The notes: a model not told the origin generated them from the letters alone. Positions 26,199 through 35,540 are shown, counted from the stretch's first letter. The stretch: 64,000 nt of DNA from Patescibacteria group bacterium (GCA_028718865.1 JAQUKX010000003.1:33214-97213); one strand, 5' to 3'. Program-made: numbers and translations.

Positions 26199-27158
26199 AG
26201 TAGTCTTTTTTTAAAAATTATTTCTTTAGATAATTTGCTTTTATCATGGCGAGAATTTAAGCGTGGTAAAGCCACAAGGCGTGATATTCAGCAGTTTGCC
26301 TTTAATTTGGAAGAAAATATTTTTTGTCTTCACAAAGAGCTTGAAAATATGACGTATTGCCACAGTCCTTATCAGTCATTTTTCATCCAAGATCCAAAAA
26401 CTAGGCATATTCATAAGGCTGGCGTCAAAGATAGAGTTGTCCACCAAGCTTTATTTAGAGTATTATATCATTATTTTGATAAGAAGTTTATTTTTGATTC
26501 ATATTCTTGCAGGCTAAAGAAAGGTAATCATAAGGCTGTCTATCGCTTGGATAAGTTGATAAGAAAGGCCAGCCTTGATTATCAAAAACCAGTTTTTGCC
26601 TTAAAGTGCGATATCAGAAAATTTTTTGCCAACGTTGACCAAAAAATATTATTGTCTTTATTACAAAAAACTATTAAAGACCAAGATACTCTTTGGCTAG
26701 TTAAAAAAATTATTGATAGTTTTACATGTAGTCAAAATAAAGGTTTGCCTCTGGGCAATGTTACTAGTCAATTATTTTCCAATATTTATCTTAATGAGCT
26801 TGATTATTTTGTAAAACATACTTTAAGGCAAAAGTTTTATATCAGATATTGCGATGATTTTATTATTTTACATCAAGACAAAAAATATTTAGAAAATTTA
26901 GTTGCCACTTTAGCTAATTTTTTGCAAGCTAGACTAAAGTTAGATTTGCACCCTAATAAAATAACAATAAGGAAAGTAAATCAAGGTGTGGACTTTTTAG
27001 GTTATGTGGCTTTGACACGCTATCGAGTGTTGAGGACAAAAACAAAGAAGAGAATTTTGCGTCTTGCCAGTAGTAAAAATTTACAGTCTTATCTAGGAGT
27101 ATTACATCATGCCAATGCTTATGAATTAAAGCAGGTATTGATAAAAAAGATTGTTTAG
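26157..27158 (+). CDS. DGR-type reverse transcriptase.
   Basis: 333 aa; RT motifs HKAGVKDRVVHQAL (motif 2), LPLGNVTSQLFSNIYLNELD (DGR-specific [I/L]GxxxSQ in motif 4), RYCDDFII (YxDD) and GVDFLGY. Confidence 0.85.
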   Translation: MNYRQANIVGGGKHSSLFLKIISLDNLLLSWREFKRGKATRRDIQQFAFNLEENIFCLHKELENMTYCHSPYQSFFIQDPKTRHIHKAGVKDRVVHQALFRVLYHYFDKKFIFDSYSCRLKKGNHKAVYRLDKLIRKASLDYQKPVFALKCDIRKFFANVDQKILLSLLQKTIKDQDTLWLVKKIIDSFTCSQNKGLPLGNVTSQLFSNIYLNELDYFVKHTLRQKFYIRYCDDFIILHQDKKYLENLVATLANFLQARLKLDLHPNKITIRKVNQGVDFLGYVALTRYRVLRTKTKKRILRLASSKNLQSYLGVLHHANAYELKQVLIKKIV

Positions 27159-27299
27159 TTTTTTATATAATAGATAGCTCTATTTTTTCTTGAGTTCCAC
27201 CAGATATCCGGTGATAGACGATGTCACGACTATATAAAAAAACAAAAAAGTTTAGAAAAATATCTAAACTCTTTTTATTTGTATGAGTATTATTTTAGT

Positions 27300-27545
27300 A
27301 TGCAAGTAGTCGTGATTTCTGTCTATCAGTCGTGCGTATGCGACGTCCCGAAACGAGCTTTGCGGTAAAATAGTGCGGAGCACATCGCAAAGGCGAGTAG
27401 AGGGATGTAGGCTAAAGCTCACACATACTAAAAGAATAAAATTAAAAGTGCCTAAGCTAATTTAAGCACTTTTAACTATAAATTTCAAATGTAGTATAGG
27501 TGTAAGCTAAGCCGCATACGCGGTGTTGTGCGCTGTAATAAAGTC
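27300..27545. repeat. Compact complete cassette site (L half plus central hairpin plus R half).
   Basis: CGTGCGTATGCGACGTCCCGAAACGAGC ... GAGTAGAGGGATGTAGGC ... AAAAGTGCCTAAGCTAATTTAAGCACTTTT ... GCCGCATACGCGGTGTTGTGCGCTG. Confidence 0.65.
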
Positions 27546-27546
27546 C

Positions 27547-27831
27547 TTATTTCTTTTGGTTCAGAAATTCTTTATATAGTTCTTGAATTCTAGTCGCTTT
27601 TTCAGCAGCCTCAAGTATTTCTTGTTGTCTACCCTCTTTTAATGTATTGGCAATATTTTCAGGTCTTAGAGAATCATTCATATAATCATTAAGATATCGT
27701 CCCACTATATCACTACCAGCTTCTAATGCCTGGTGTAATTTTTCTGAATCAGGAAATTCAGCTTTTACTCTTTCAATGAAATCTTGCGGGTAGCCAGACT
27801 CGCCCTCTGTTTTTGGTTTTTCCATGTTCAT
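27547..27831 (-). CDS. Hypothetical protein (cassette ORF).
   Basis: 94 aa, acidic, no motif. Confidence 0.45.
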   Translation of the reverse strand: MNMEKPKTEGESGYPQDFIERVKAEFPDSEKLHQALEAGSDIVGRYLNDYMNDSLRPENIANTLKEGRQQEILEAAEKATRIQELYKEFLNQKK

Positions 27832-27904
27832 AATTTTTTTCGTTAATTATTAATTCAATATGTATAATATATTATTATATTTTAAATGTAAATAGGACTT
27901 TATT

Positions 27905-28005
27905 ATGGCGTATAACAGACAAGCGTATCTGAAGTCCCGAATGAGCGGGGCGGTATAATTTCAGCGAAGCTGACCGCCCAAGTGAATGAGGGATTTGGGC
28001 GGAGC
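27905..28005. repeat. L-type cassette half-site.
   Basis: GGCGTATAACAGACAAGCGTATCTGAAGTCCCGAATGAGCGGGGCGGTATAATTTCAGCGAAGCTGACCGCCCAAGTGAATGAGGGATTTGGGCGGAGCTAG. Confidence 0.65.
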
Positions 28006-28020
28006 TAGTAAAATAAATAT

Positions 28021-28440
28021 TTAATTTTCTATTACACTGGTATATTTAAAATCCTTATAATTCAAACTCGTTTTACCTAATAGATCTTTTCTCATATTTA
28101 ATACTATTTCACCTATTACTTTTTGTCCATCTTCTGGATTAGGAGCCTTACCTTCCTCAGAGATGAGTAGTTGGACTAAACGATTAAGTGATTTTACTAC
28201 TTCATCTGAACAGTAGAGCCATGAGCTATATTGTTCTTCAAAGAATTTCTTTTTTAAATTTCCAGAAGTTGTATTACCAACAAAACCTTGTAAATATATA
28301 AGTAGCTTGGCATATTTTTCTTCTTTAAATTTAAGCATAGCTTCGGTCTTTTTTGATTTTATTCCGAAATAATATGTAAGCCAAGCGCCTAATCCGCCAG
28401 AAGCTAGAGAAGTTATTATTGTTAGAATGATATTATCCAT
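28021..28440 (-). CDS. Hypothetical membrane-anchored protein, located between an R and an L half-site.
   Basis: 139 aa with an N-terminal TM. Confidence 0.45.
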   Translation of the reverse strand: MDNIILTIITSLASGGLGAWLTYYFGIKSKKTEAMLKFKEEKYAKLLIYLQGFVGNTTSGNLKKKFFEEQYSSWLYCSDEVVKSLNRLVQLLISEEGKAPNPEDGQKVIGEIVLNMRKDLLGKTSLNYKDFKYTSVIEN

Positions 28441-28454
28441 AGTAGAAAATTAAA

Positions 28455-28500
28455 TATTTATTTTACGTCTAGCGGAGCCAGATACGCGGTGTTGTGTGCT
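28455..28500. repeat. R-type cassette half-site.
   Basis: GTCTAGCGGAGCCAGATACGCGGTGTTGTGTGCTG. Confidence 0.6.
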
Positions 28501-28504
28501 GTTG

Positions 28505-29023
28505 CTAATTTGCCTCTAATATTTCTTTTGCTTTTTTTAAAAAAGTTAGGTCTCTTTTTTGGATAAAAGAACCCTCATAATTATCAGGTTTATCATTTTC
28601 TAAAGTCTTTATAGCGTCTTCTAAACTAAACCAAACAAGTTTAAAGCCCTCTGCTATTTCGCCTTTATCAAAACTAGGTAAATTATTTTTGTTAGTTATG
28701 TTACCTAAATAACAGTAAGAAGTTTGTTTTAGATTATCATGCCAGTTAAAATTAATAGCAGATCGATATTCAATAATTTGTCCAATTTCTTTTTCTACCT
28801 CTATTTCACAGCCAGTTTCTTCTAAAAGTTCCCTTCTTAAACCTTGCATTTTATCTTCGCCCTCTTCAATCCCACCACCAGGTATTTTATGATAATTATG
28901 TTTGGATACGAAAAGCAGAGGAGTGAGTCCTTGATTATCAAAAACTATAGCTCTAGTAGCTTCTCTTATTTTAAAATTATCAGAAGGGAAATTTTCGTCT
29001 CTTAATTCTTTTAATGTTTCCAT
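28505..29023 (-). CDS. NUDIX hydrolase (cassette ORF).
   Basis: 172 aa; Nudix box GGGIEEGEDKMQGLRRELLEETGCEI. Confidence 0.8.
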   Translation of the reverse strand: METLKELRDENFPSDNFKIREATRAIVFDNQGLTPLLFVSKHNYHKIPGGGIEEGEDKMQGLRRELLEETGCEIEVEKEIGQIIEYRSAINFNWHDNLKQTSYCYLGNITNKNNLPSFDKGEIAEGFKLVWFSLEDAIKTLENDKPDNYEGSFIQKRDLTFLKKAKEILEAN

Positions 29024-29069
29024 ATTGGGGGGTTCTTTTATTAGGTATATTTAATGAGTAGCAAATTAG

Positions 29070-29290
29070 CAATGGCATACAACAGACCAGCGTATGCGAC
29101 GTCCCGAAACGAGCGGGGCGCTATACTTACGGCGGAGCCGAGCGCCCAAGCGAGTAAGGGATGTAGGCGTAAGCTTACACTTCTATAGGTTAAAATTAAA
29201 AGTGCCTAAGCTAATTTAAGCACTTTTAACTATAAATTTCAAATGTAGTATAGGTGTAAGCTAAGCTGCATACGCGGTGTTGTGTGATGT
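29070..29290. repeat. Compact complete cassette site.
   Basis: CATACAACAGACCAGCGTATGCGACGTCCCGAAACGAGCGGGGCGCTATACTTACGGCGGAGCCGAGCGCCC...GAGTAAGGGATGTAGGCGTAAGCTTACAC...AAAAGTGCCTAAGCTAATTTAAGCACTTTT...GCTGCATACGCGGTGTTGTGTGATG. The ends form a ~22-bp imperfect inverted repeat with extrahelical bases. Confidence 0.7.
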
Positions 29291-29430
29291 CGTGTTTTCC
29301 CTTATTTTAAGGGGATTTTAATTATTGACAAAATAACTAAAATATGCTATTATTATATGTTATGTGGCGCCGATGCCGTAACCCCCGCCTCAGGGATTGA
29401 GGTATATACTTCTCAGGAGGTTACTACACC

Positions 29431-29853
29431 ATGAAGCGCATGACCTACGTTCTTTCGATCGTGATCCTGCTGATCTCGTCCATGGCCTTCGCGGCCAGCC
29501 ACCCCATCGTCAACAAGGACGACACCGCCAAGGTTCCGAGCTGGGACTGGGTCGACGTCCTGAACCAGGAAGTCGTCTACAGCGGCAACAACGAGTTCAC
29601 CTACGGCGAGACCTGCGGCATCGAGTGCGGCGGCACCGTGACCGTCATCGGCGAGGTCGACGAGGGCAACGTCCTGGTACGCTACACCAGTCCCCATGGC
29701 CAGACCTACGGTACGCCTTGTCCCTCCGGCATCATCTTCCAGCTCTCCAAGGAGCGCTTCACGCTGATGACGGCGGAGTACCTGGCCAACATGAAGGCCG
29801 AGCAGGAGCACCGGCAGAAGATCGCCAACATCATCAAGGAAGCCGAAGGCTAG
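29431..29853 (+). CDS. GC-rich (~62%) secreted protein; inverted self-contained unit.
   Basis: Signal peptide MKRMTYVLSIVILLISSMAFAAS. Upstream TTGACA at 29327 and SD CTCAGGAGGTTACTACACC-ATG. Terminator TGAGCAAGTCATAAAACTGCTCACTCTTTTTTT. The overlapping track ORFs 29397..29873 and 29413..29877 are GC artefacts. Confidence 0.65.
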   Translation: MKRMTYVLSIVILLISSMAFAASHPIVNKDDTAKVPSWDWVDVLNQEVVYSGNNEFTYGETCGIECGGTVTVIGEVDEGNVLVRYTSPHGQTYGTPCPSGIIFQLSKERFTLMTAEYLANMKAEQEHRQKIANIIKEAEG

Positions 29854-30126
29854 GCCATCGGCGCCAGACCTGAGCAAGTCATAAAACTGCTCACTCTTTT
29901 TTTACTCAAAAATAAAATAACCTCGTAAGAGATTATTTATATAGAAAGGGGAAACACGATTTCACATAACATCGGGATTAAGGGAAGTTGCGACCGCAGG
30001 GAGCAATTTGGGAAAATGCCGAGCTGAGGCATTTTCCGTTTAAGCCCTGTTATACGCCCCGACGACTGAAAGGAGGAGAGCGCAGCGTGGTTCGACCGAA
30101 GGGAGAAAGTCCGCCGTAGCCCGCCG

Positions 30127-30609
30127 TTAAAGCGCAGAAATTTTGTCTGGAAGATGGTCAATTCCGCCAAATTCTTTAATGGGAATAGATGTTATTTTTT
30201 TCTTAATCTCAGGTTTTACATGAGTGATAGTCATTTCATCTATTCCGCCGATAGATTCGCAGTCATCTTCAATTAGAACATCCGGAATAATTCTTTCTGC
30301 GACATCTTTGTATTCTTCATTTTTTTGGCGGAATAGTAATTGACCATCTGGAAACTTAAATTTCTTGAGAACATTTTGTATTTGCTGGATTTCTTCCGGT
30401 TTTCTGCGAGAAGTCAAATACAAAATTTCTGCGCCATCATTTTTCCAATTCTGCAATTTTTTAACCGCATTACCAACAGGAACATATGACTTATAATCAT
30501 GCACAGATTCTTCTTTATTTTCAACTTGTTTGACAATTTCATTGCGAGTATGACCTACTGCATTTTTGTGCATGATTATTGTTCCCTCTGTAAAGATTAG
30601 TATTCTCAT
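30127..30609 (-). CDS. Hypothetical protein (cassette ORF).
   Basis: 160 aa, no confident motif. A degenerate site remnant lies at 29940-30125. Confidence 0.45.
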   Translation of the reverse strand: MRILIFTEGTIIMHKNAVGHTRNEIVKQVENKEESVHDYKSYVPVGNAVKKLQNWKNDGAEILYLTSRRKPEEIQQIQNVLKKFKFPDGQLLFRQKNEEYKDVAERIIPDVLIEDDCESIGGIDEMTITHVKPEIKKKITSIPIKEFGGIDHLPDKISAL

Positions 30610-30649
30610 ATTATTAGTTAAAAAATTGCTTTATATAAAAGTATCGAGG

Positions 30650-30885
30650 CGGGCGGAGGCGGATTGCGTATAACAGACAAGCGTATGCGACGTCCCGAAA
30701 CGAGCCTTGCGGTAAAATAGTGCGGAAGCACACCGCAAAGGCGAGTAAGGGATGTAGGCGTAAGCTTACACCTATTATATAGGTAAAATTAAAAGTGCCT
30801 AAGCTAATTTAAGCACTTTTAACTATAAATTTCAAATGTAGTATGGGTGTAAGCTAAGCCGCATACGCGGTGATAGATGATGTAC
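30650..30885. repeat. Compact complete cassette site.
   Basis: Same architecture as 29070-29290, including the AAAAGTGCCTAAGCTAATTTAAGCACTTTT hairpin and ending GCCGCATACGCGGTGATAGATGATG. Confidence 0.65.
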
Positions 30886-30967
30886 ATTTTTCCTTAATTT
30901 TTGTATTTTTAAAAGTAGAATTTGATTTTTATAAAAAATTAGAGGCCCAGTTAAGAGCCTCTAATTT

Positions 30968-31159
30968 TTAGCGCGTTCTTCTACCAGCTCTGATCTCCTG
31001 ACAGTTTTTACACAGTCTTCTGCCTCCAGTTCCGCGTCTTAATTTATCCCTTTCAATGTTGTTTCCCAGGACACAATCTGAATAGATGTGATATACCTCC
31101 TGATCAACTGAATGATAGGGCATAGATGGTCTAGCCATTTTGGTTAAACCTTTCACCAT
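30968..31159 (-). CDS. Small basic Cys-containing protein (possible regulator).
   Basis: 63 aa, CxxC-like spacing (SDCVLGN...CKNC). A perfect palindrome CCATCCTGATCTAGAATTCCAGTTTTCTAAATCAGGATGG overlaps its start. Confidence 0.35.
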   Translation of the reverse strand: MVKGLTKMARPSMPYHSVDQEVYHIYSDCVLGNNIERDKLRRGTGGRRLCKNCQEIRAGRRTR

Positions 31160-31456
31160 CCTGATCTAGAATTCCAGTTTTCTAAATCAGGATGGCGTTT
31201 ATCCTAGTTGTTAACAACTAAGCTGGACATTTGACCTATTATCATTTAGAATGACAATAGGGTACTAGCATCTGGAAATGCTAGGTCCAATAAATTATAT
31301 CTCCAAAAAGGTTCCAATATCTGGAGCCTTTTTGGCTATTTTCAGTCTAACATGCTAGAAATTTTTTGTCAAATTTTGCGATTAACAAAAAGTTATTATT
31401 CATTTGTTATTCACTAGATATTGACAAATTTGAAACATATGCTATACTTATGACAT

Positions 31457-31849
31457 ATGGATAAAAAAAGTTTAAATTTACAAAAATTTCCTGGTAAAGG
31501 AACTAAGATTAGTAGAAAAATTAGTATTACAAAGTCTAATTCCTTTGGAATACCCCCTACTTTTTATAAAGAAAACGATCTAGACAGTTATGATTATGCT
31601 AATTTGTATTATGACCCAGGTAATAAAATCATAGGACTGGAATTTTCTAACAATAGTGAGCCTGGTTCATTTAAGTTAACTAGGCATGGAACTGGAGATA
31701 AAACTAGTGCTAGTTTTGTCGCCCGTTCGTTTTTTAAGACGTATAATATAGATTCTAAAAAGTATTATGGAAGATATTCTCCAGACGATATTATGCAAGA
31801 TGGAAATAAGATTTTTTTGATAGAAATTAAAGAAAGGGACGATAGTTAA
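31457..31849 (+). CDS. Hypothetical protein with its own TTGACA-N17-TATACT promoter.
   Basis: 130 aa. Promoter at 31426-31455. Divergent from 30968-31159, with palindromes (TAGTTGTTAACAACTA) in between. Confidence 0.45.
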   Translation: MDKKSLNLQKFPGKGTKISRKISITKSNSFGIPPTFYKENDLDSYDYANLYYDPGNKIIGLEFSNNSEPGSFKLTRHGTGDKTSASFVARSFFKTYNIDSKKYYGRYSPDDIMQDGNKIFLIEIKERDDS

Positions 31850-31969
31850 TCTAAATTTGTGACAAAAAATTTCGTCAAATGACGGAGTTTTTTATTTGTT
31901 AAAATAAATAAAAATCAAATTCTTGTGATTACCAAAAAAGCTGGTTAAAAACCAGCAAAGGAAAAATGT

Positions 31970-32085
31970 ATTTCATCTATCAGACAAGCGTATGCGAAGT
32001 CGTGATTGAGCGAATATGATAAAATTATTTGAAATCATATTCGCGAAAGAACGATTTGGGTGAGCGGACGTTAAGAATAAAATAT
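31970..32085. repeat. L-type cassette half-site.
   Basis: TCATCTATCAGACAAGCGTATGCGAAGTCGTGATTGAGCG-[hairpin]-CGAAAGAACGATTTGGGTGAGCGGACG. Confidence 0.6.
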
Positions 32086-32661
32086 TTATTTTATGATTTG
32101 TTCTATTAATTCAGGAAATTTTTCAGTACCCATATCACCAATAACATAATGTCCATGATTTTTTAGGTCTACAATTTCCCCACCTAATGCTTCATGAAAA
32201 ATTTTTAAACTTTCTTTTCCTTCTGGCTCTTCATTATCAGAGGTAAACATTACTACTTTATTTATGCTATCCTTAATTGATTTATCTATATCATAAGTAT
32301 AAAACTTTTTTCTACCTTCATCATTTCCATCTGGTATTTTCCATGGAGCTACTAAAATTAGTTTAAAAATTTTCTTCTTTGTTTCTCCAAGCCAACGAAC
32401 TAAAAAAGCACAACCACAGCTATGCCCTATTAGGATAGTGTTTTCATCAACTGTATATTTTTCAAATTCCTCTTTAAATTTTTCATAATTTGGGCTCCAA
32501 GGTTCTGGCATTAGGGGAGTCTCTGTTGGAATATTGTTTTGAGAGAGTTGTTTTTTTGTCCATGGTATCCAATGTTTATCATGGGTTCTTTTCTCTGGAT
32601 CCATAGCCTTTTCAATATTAGAGGGACATCCATGGATTATAATACATTTTAAATTTGTCAT
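32086..32661 (-). CDS. YdeN/RBBP9-like alpha/beta serine hydrolase (cassette ORF).
   Basis: 191 aa with the GHSCG nucleophile-elbow motif. Confidence 0.6.
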   Translation of the reverse strand: MTNLKCIIIHGCPSNIEKAMDPEKRTHDKHWIPWTKKQLSQNNIPTETPLMPEPWSPNYEKFKEEFEKYTVDENTILIGHSCGCAFLVRWLGETKKKIFKLILVAPWKIPDGNDEGRKKFYTYDIDKSIKDSINKVVMFTSDNEEPEGKESLKIFHEALGGEIVDLKNHGHYVIGDMGTEKFPELIEQIIK

Positions 32662-32669
32662 AAAATAAA

Positions 32670-32715
32670 TATTTTATTTAGTCCGCGAACCGCATGCGCG
32701 GTGTTGTGTGATGTT
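32670..32715. repeat. R-type cassette half-site.
   Basis: GTCCGCGAACCGCATGCGCGGTGTTGTGTGATG. Confidence 0.6.
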
Positions 32716-32732
32716 TAAATCGGCCAGAATAT

Positions 32733-33473
32733 TTAACTGAGATTTGCAAGTCTATAGCCTCCATCAATAGTAAGAACTTCGGCACAGACGGCGTCATTTT
32801 TTATTAGAAATACTATTGCATCCGCAATTTCTTCTGGTTGTATCATTCTTTTGATTAAATGCACTGAACCAAGTTTTTTTTGTTCTGCTGCCGTTGGATT
32901 ATCCCACATAGACGTAGCAACTCGTCCAGGAGCTATGGCATTAACTAAAATTTGTGGTGCCAATTTTTTCGCTAAATTCTTAGTGTAATTTTCTAAAGCT
33001 GCTTTAAAAGCAGCGTAGGCAATCGCTGTTGGTCTTCCATATCCAAGCCGGCCATGAATAGAGGATATATTAATAATTTTTCCTTGCCGCATAATATTAA
33101 GAGCGTATTTTGTTACCATAAAAGCTCCAAGCAAATTATTTCTAAATATATTTTCAAATACTTGAATGTTAGTATGATTATCATTTTCATCAAAAATTCC
33201 AGCATTATTTACTAATATATGAAGTGAGGAAAAATTTTTTTTGATTTGTGTAATCATTTTTTTAATATCATCCTCATTTGTAATATCAGCTTTAATAGCA
33301 ATATTGTGTTTTGAATAAATATTGCATTTAGCTAATACTTTATCAGCAGATTTTTTATCTGTTTTATAGTTAATAATCACCGAACAACCTTCTTTAGCTA
33401 AAGCGATTGCCGTAGCGGCACCCATACCTTTTGATGCTCCTGTGATTAGAGCTACTTTATTTTGTGTTTTCAT
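32733..33473 (-). CDS. Short-chain dehydrogenase/reductase (cassette ORF).
   Basis: 246 aa; TGASKGMGAATA (TGxxxGxG) and YAAFKAAL (YxxxK) motifs. Confidence 0.8.
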   Translation of the reverse strand: MKTQNKVALITGASKGMGAATAIALAKEGCSVIINYKTDKKSADKVLAKCNIYSKHNIAIKADITNEDDIKKMITQIKKNFSSLHILVNNAGIFDENDNHTNIQVFENIFRNNLLGAFMVTKYALNIMRQGKIINISSIHGRLGYGRPTAIAYAAFKAALENYTKNLAKKLAPQILVNAIAPGRVATSMWDNPTAAEQKKLGSVHLIKRMIQPEEIADAIVFLIKNDAVCAEVLTIDGGYRLANLS

Positions 33474-33489
33474 AAGATTATTGTAAGGC

Positions 33490-33600
33490 CGATTTAAATT
33501 TCACATAACAGACAAGCGTATGCGACGTCCCGAAACGAGCTTTGCGGTATAATTGTGCGGAGCACACCGCAAAGGCGAGTAAGGGATGTAGGTGAAGACA
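33490..33600. repeat. L-type cassette half-site.
   Basis: TTTCACATAACAGACAAGCGTATGCGACGTCCCGAAACGAGCTTTGCGGTATAATTGTGCGGAGCACACCGCAAAGGCGAGTAAGGGATGTAGG. Confidence 0.6.
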
Positions 33601-33612
33601 AAAACAGAAAAG

Positions 33613-34206
33613 CTAATCTAATTTCTTAATAGCATTTTCATACCACGGCCGAGCAATTTGTTTAGCTTTTTCAGATGTTATTCTATTAAACATCCAGTCA
33701 AATTTACCTCTTATTTTTTCTTTACCATCTTGCTTTACTAAGACAGTTAAAAAATGATCAATTTGATTTTCAAGAAAGCTTAGACTATCGGCATCTTTAA
33801 TTAGATTTTGTTCATCATTTCCACCTTCTTCATGTCTAGAAACAAGCATTTTCACTTTAGCTATTATTTGGTCATCAGCATTTTGTTTCTTTAAAAACTC
33901 TGCTATTACCTCCGCACCCCTTTCTTCATGAGGTCGCAAAATTTCAGTAGCAGTATAGCTAAGCTTTTCTATATTTTCCATTACATCATTTTGTCTGAAA
34001 GCTCTTTCTATATCATGAGCGACTGCGGCTATTTGCATAGCTTCATCAGCCTGAGGATCTAATTCTTTTAGCCAATAGACTGTTCTTAAAAAATGCTTAA
34101 TCCCTTGGGGCTTATTGGCTTTGTTGAAAGAATCAATAACAAATTGCTCGGCTTTTTTGTATAATTTATTATCCATAATATTTAACTGTTTTTGTCTGAA
34201 CCGCAT
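33613..34206 (-). CDS. HD-domain phosphohydrolase (cassette ORF).
   Basis: 197 aa with the HD motif AVAHDIER. The likely true start is MDNKLYKK at ~34176; the upstream ATG lies inside the R-site. Confidence 0.6.
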   Translation of the reverse strand: MRFRQKQLNIMDNKLYKKAEQFVIDSFNKANKPQGIKHFLRTVYWLKELDPQADEAMQIAAVAHDIERAFRQNDVMENIEKLSYTATEILRPHEERGAEVIAEFLKKQNADDQIIAKVKMLVSRHEEGGNDEQNLIKDADSLSFLENQIDHFLTVLVKQDGKEKIRGKFDWMFNRITSEKAKQIARPWYENAIKKLD

Positions 34207-34230
34207 ACGCGGTGTTAGGCGATGAATGTG
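34185..34230. repeat. R-type cassette half-site carrying a canonical GTTAGGC core.
   Basis: CTGAACCGCATACGCGGTGTTAGGCGATG. Confidence 0.6.
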
Positions 34231-34868
34231 GCGTTAATAATCATTGTTATAGTTATTGAAAAAGTTGTAAGAATAATAAAAATTCCGAAATGTTTGAAAG
34301 CCCTAGAAAGACGATAGTTAGTTGCGGATTTCAATATATCATACACACATTCATATTCACATATTTTATCAAAATGGTTTTTATTTTTATATTTTGTGGA
34401 GCACGTGGTTAAAAAAGATTTATGATATTTTTTCATATTTAAATAATCTTCAAATATTGGTAGGTCAAAAAAATCATCCACTACAGTAGGTAAGTTTATG
34501 TCAATATTATGACTACCAATGTCAAATTGTACTTGTGGGTTCTTTAATTCCCCCATTATAGCCTCTCCATTTAGTAGTTTAGTAAAACTACTTCTTTTTA
34601 AAAATGGCCACCTTCTCCATCGTTTTTCTTTTTTTATGTCATCATAAAATATGGATAAATTTTCTTTGAACCGTTCAATTTTATCTCTTTCCCATAAATC
34701 GGCTAATGTTATTAGGGCAATACCCAAACCCACAATAATAGAGCTAGAGGCTATGATATTATTTATTTCGGAATTTTTACTAATTAAAAGGTCTATTAAA
34801 AATATGGCAGTTAAAATTCCAGATATTTTTGCAATTAAATTTAATTTCATATATTTTGTATTTACCAC
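34215..34868 (-). CDS. Hypothetical membrane protein (cassette ORF).
   Basis: 217 aa with 2-3 TM helices. Confidence 0.45.
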   Translation of the reverse strand: MVNTKYMKLNLIAKISGILTAIFLIDLLISKNSEINNIIASSSIIVGLGIALITLADLWERDKIERFKENLSIFYDDIKKEKRWRRWPFLKRSSFTKLLNGEAIMGELKNPQVQFDIGSHNIDINLPTVVDDFFDLPIFEDYLNMKKYHKSFLTTCSTKYKNKNHFDKICEYECVYDILKSATNYRLSRAFKHFGIFIILTTFSITITMIINATFIA

Positions 34869-34995
34869 ATTTTTCGCCTAACAGCGCGGGTAGCTGAAGT
34901 TCCGCCCTGTTCGATTATTCTATTATTATAGCGCGAAGTGGGGGCGAAGCACTAGATAGTGCAGCAAGAATGGGCGGAATTTGGGCGGAGCCTAT
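34868..34995. repeat. L-type cassette half-site carrying a canonical GCCTAAC inverse core.
   Basis: CGCCTAACAGCGCGGGTAGCTGAAGTTCCGCCC...GAATGGGCGGAATTTGGGCGGAGC. Confidence 0.6.
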
Positions 34996-35007
34996 ACATA
35001 TTTAACA

Positions 35008-35481
35008 CTAATAAGTGCAACAACATCTAGGGCAGGTACAATTTTCAGGTGGCAAGGGTTGTTTTTGTATCGCTTCATCGATATTATATTCCTTTCCATC
35101 AAGTTTTTTACAAGCATCACAGCAATCATCTGTACAAGTAATAATAACTATTGAACACCCACTTTTTTTATATTCAAGTAAATCATAATAAAGTCTTTTT
35201 TGAGTGGTCTTGTTTGATTTTTTACCCTCTGACTCAAGTATTCTTTCCATTTGATAATAAAGAGCTCTAATATTTCTAGTATTACCTGATTGCATATTTT
35301 TTAAAATATATTCATTACATATAGACCATATTGTGTCATTTAAATTTACACTTTTTTGTCGGCGAGCAAAAACAACCTGTTCCGTGATTCCGCAGGTGTC
35401 GCCGACTGCAGATAGGAACTTGTTAACGGGTGTTTTTTCACCACGTACCCATTCTATCTTTTGCTTGTTTTTGAAAAACAT
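35008..35481 (-). CDS. Hypothetical Cys-rich protein (cassette ORF).
   Basis: 157 aa; CTDDCCDACKK ... CTCPRCCCTY cluster. Confidence 0.45.
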   Translation of the reverse strand: MFFKNKQKIEWVRGEKTPVNKFLSAVGDTCGITEQVVFARRQKSVNLNDTIWSICNEYILKNMQSGNTRNIRALYYQMERILESEGKKSNKTTQKRLYYDLLEYKKSGCSIVIITCTDDCCDACKKLDGKEYNIDEAIQKQPLPPENCTCPRCCCTY

Positions 35482-35484
35482 TTA

Positions 35485-35540
35485 AGTGTTAAATATGTAT
35501 TGGCGTAGCCAGGTACCCGCTGTTGTGCGATGTTCTCTTT
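35485..35540. repeat. R-type cassette half-site.
   Basis: GGCGTAGCCAGGTACCCGCTGTTGTGCGATG. Confidence 0.55.

Noticed and set aside
29397-29877. ORFs 29397..29873(+) and 29413..29877(-) rich in Arg/Gly/His
   Set aside because: They are alternative frames of the GC-rich gene 29431-29853 with low-complexity translations. They lack the RBS and signal peptide seen in the accepted frame.
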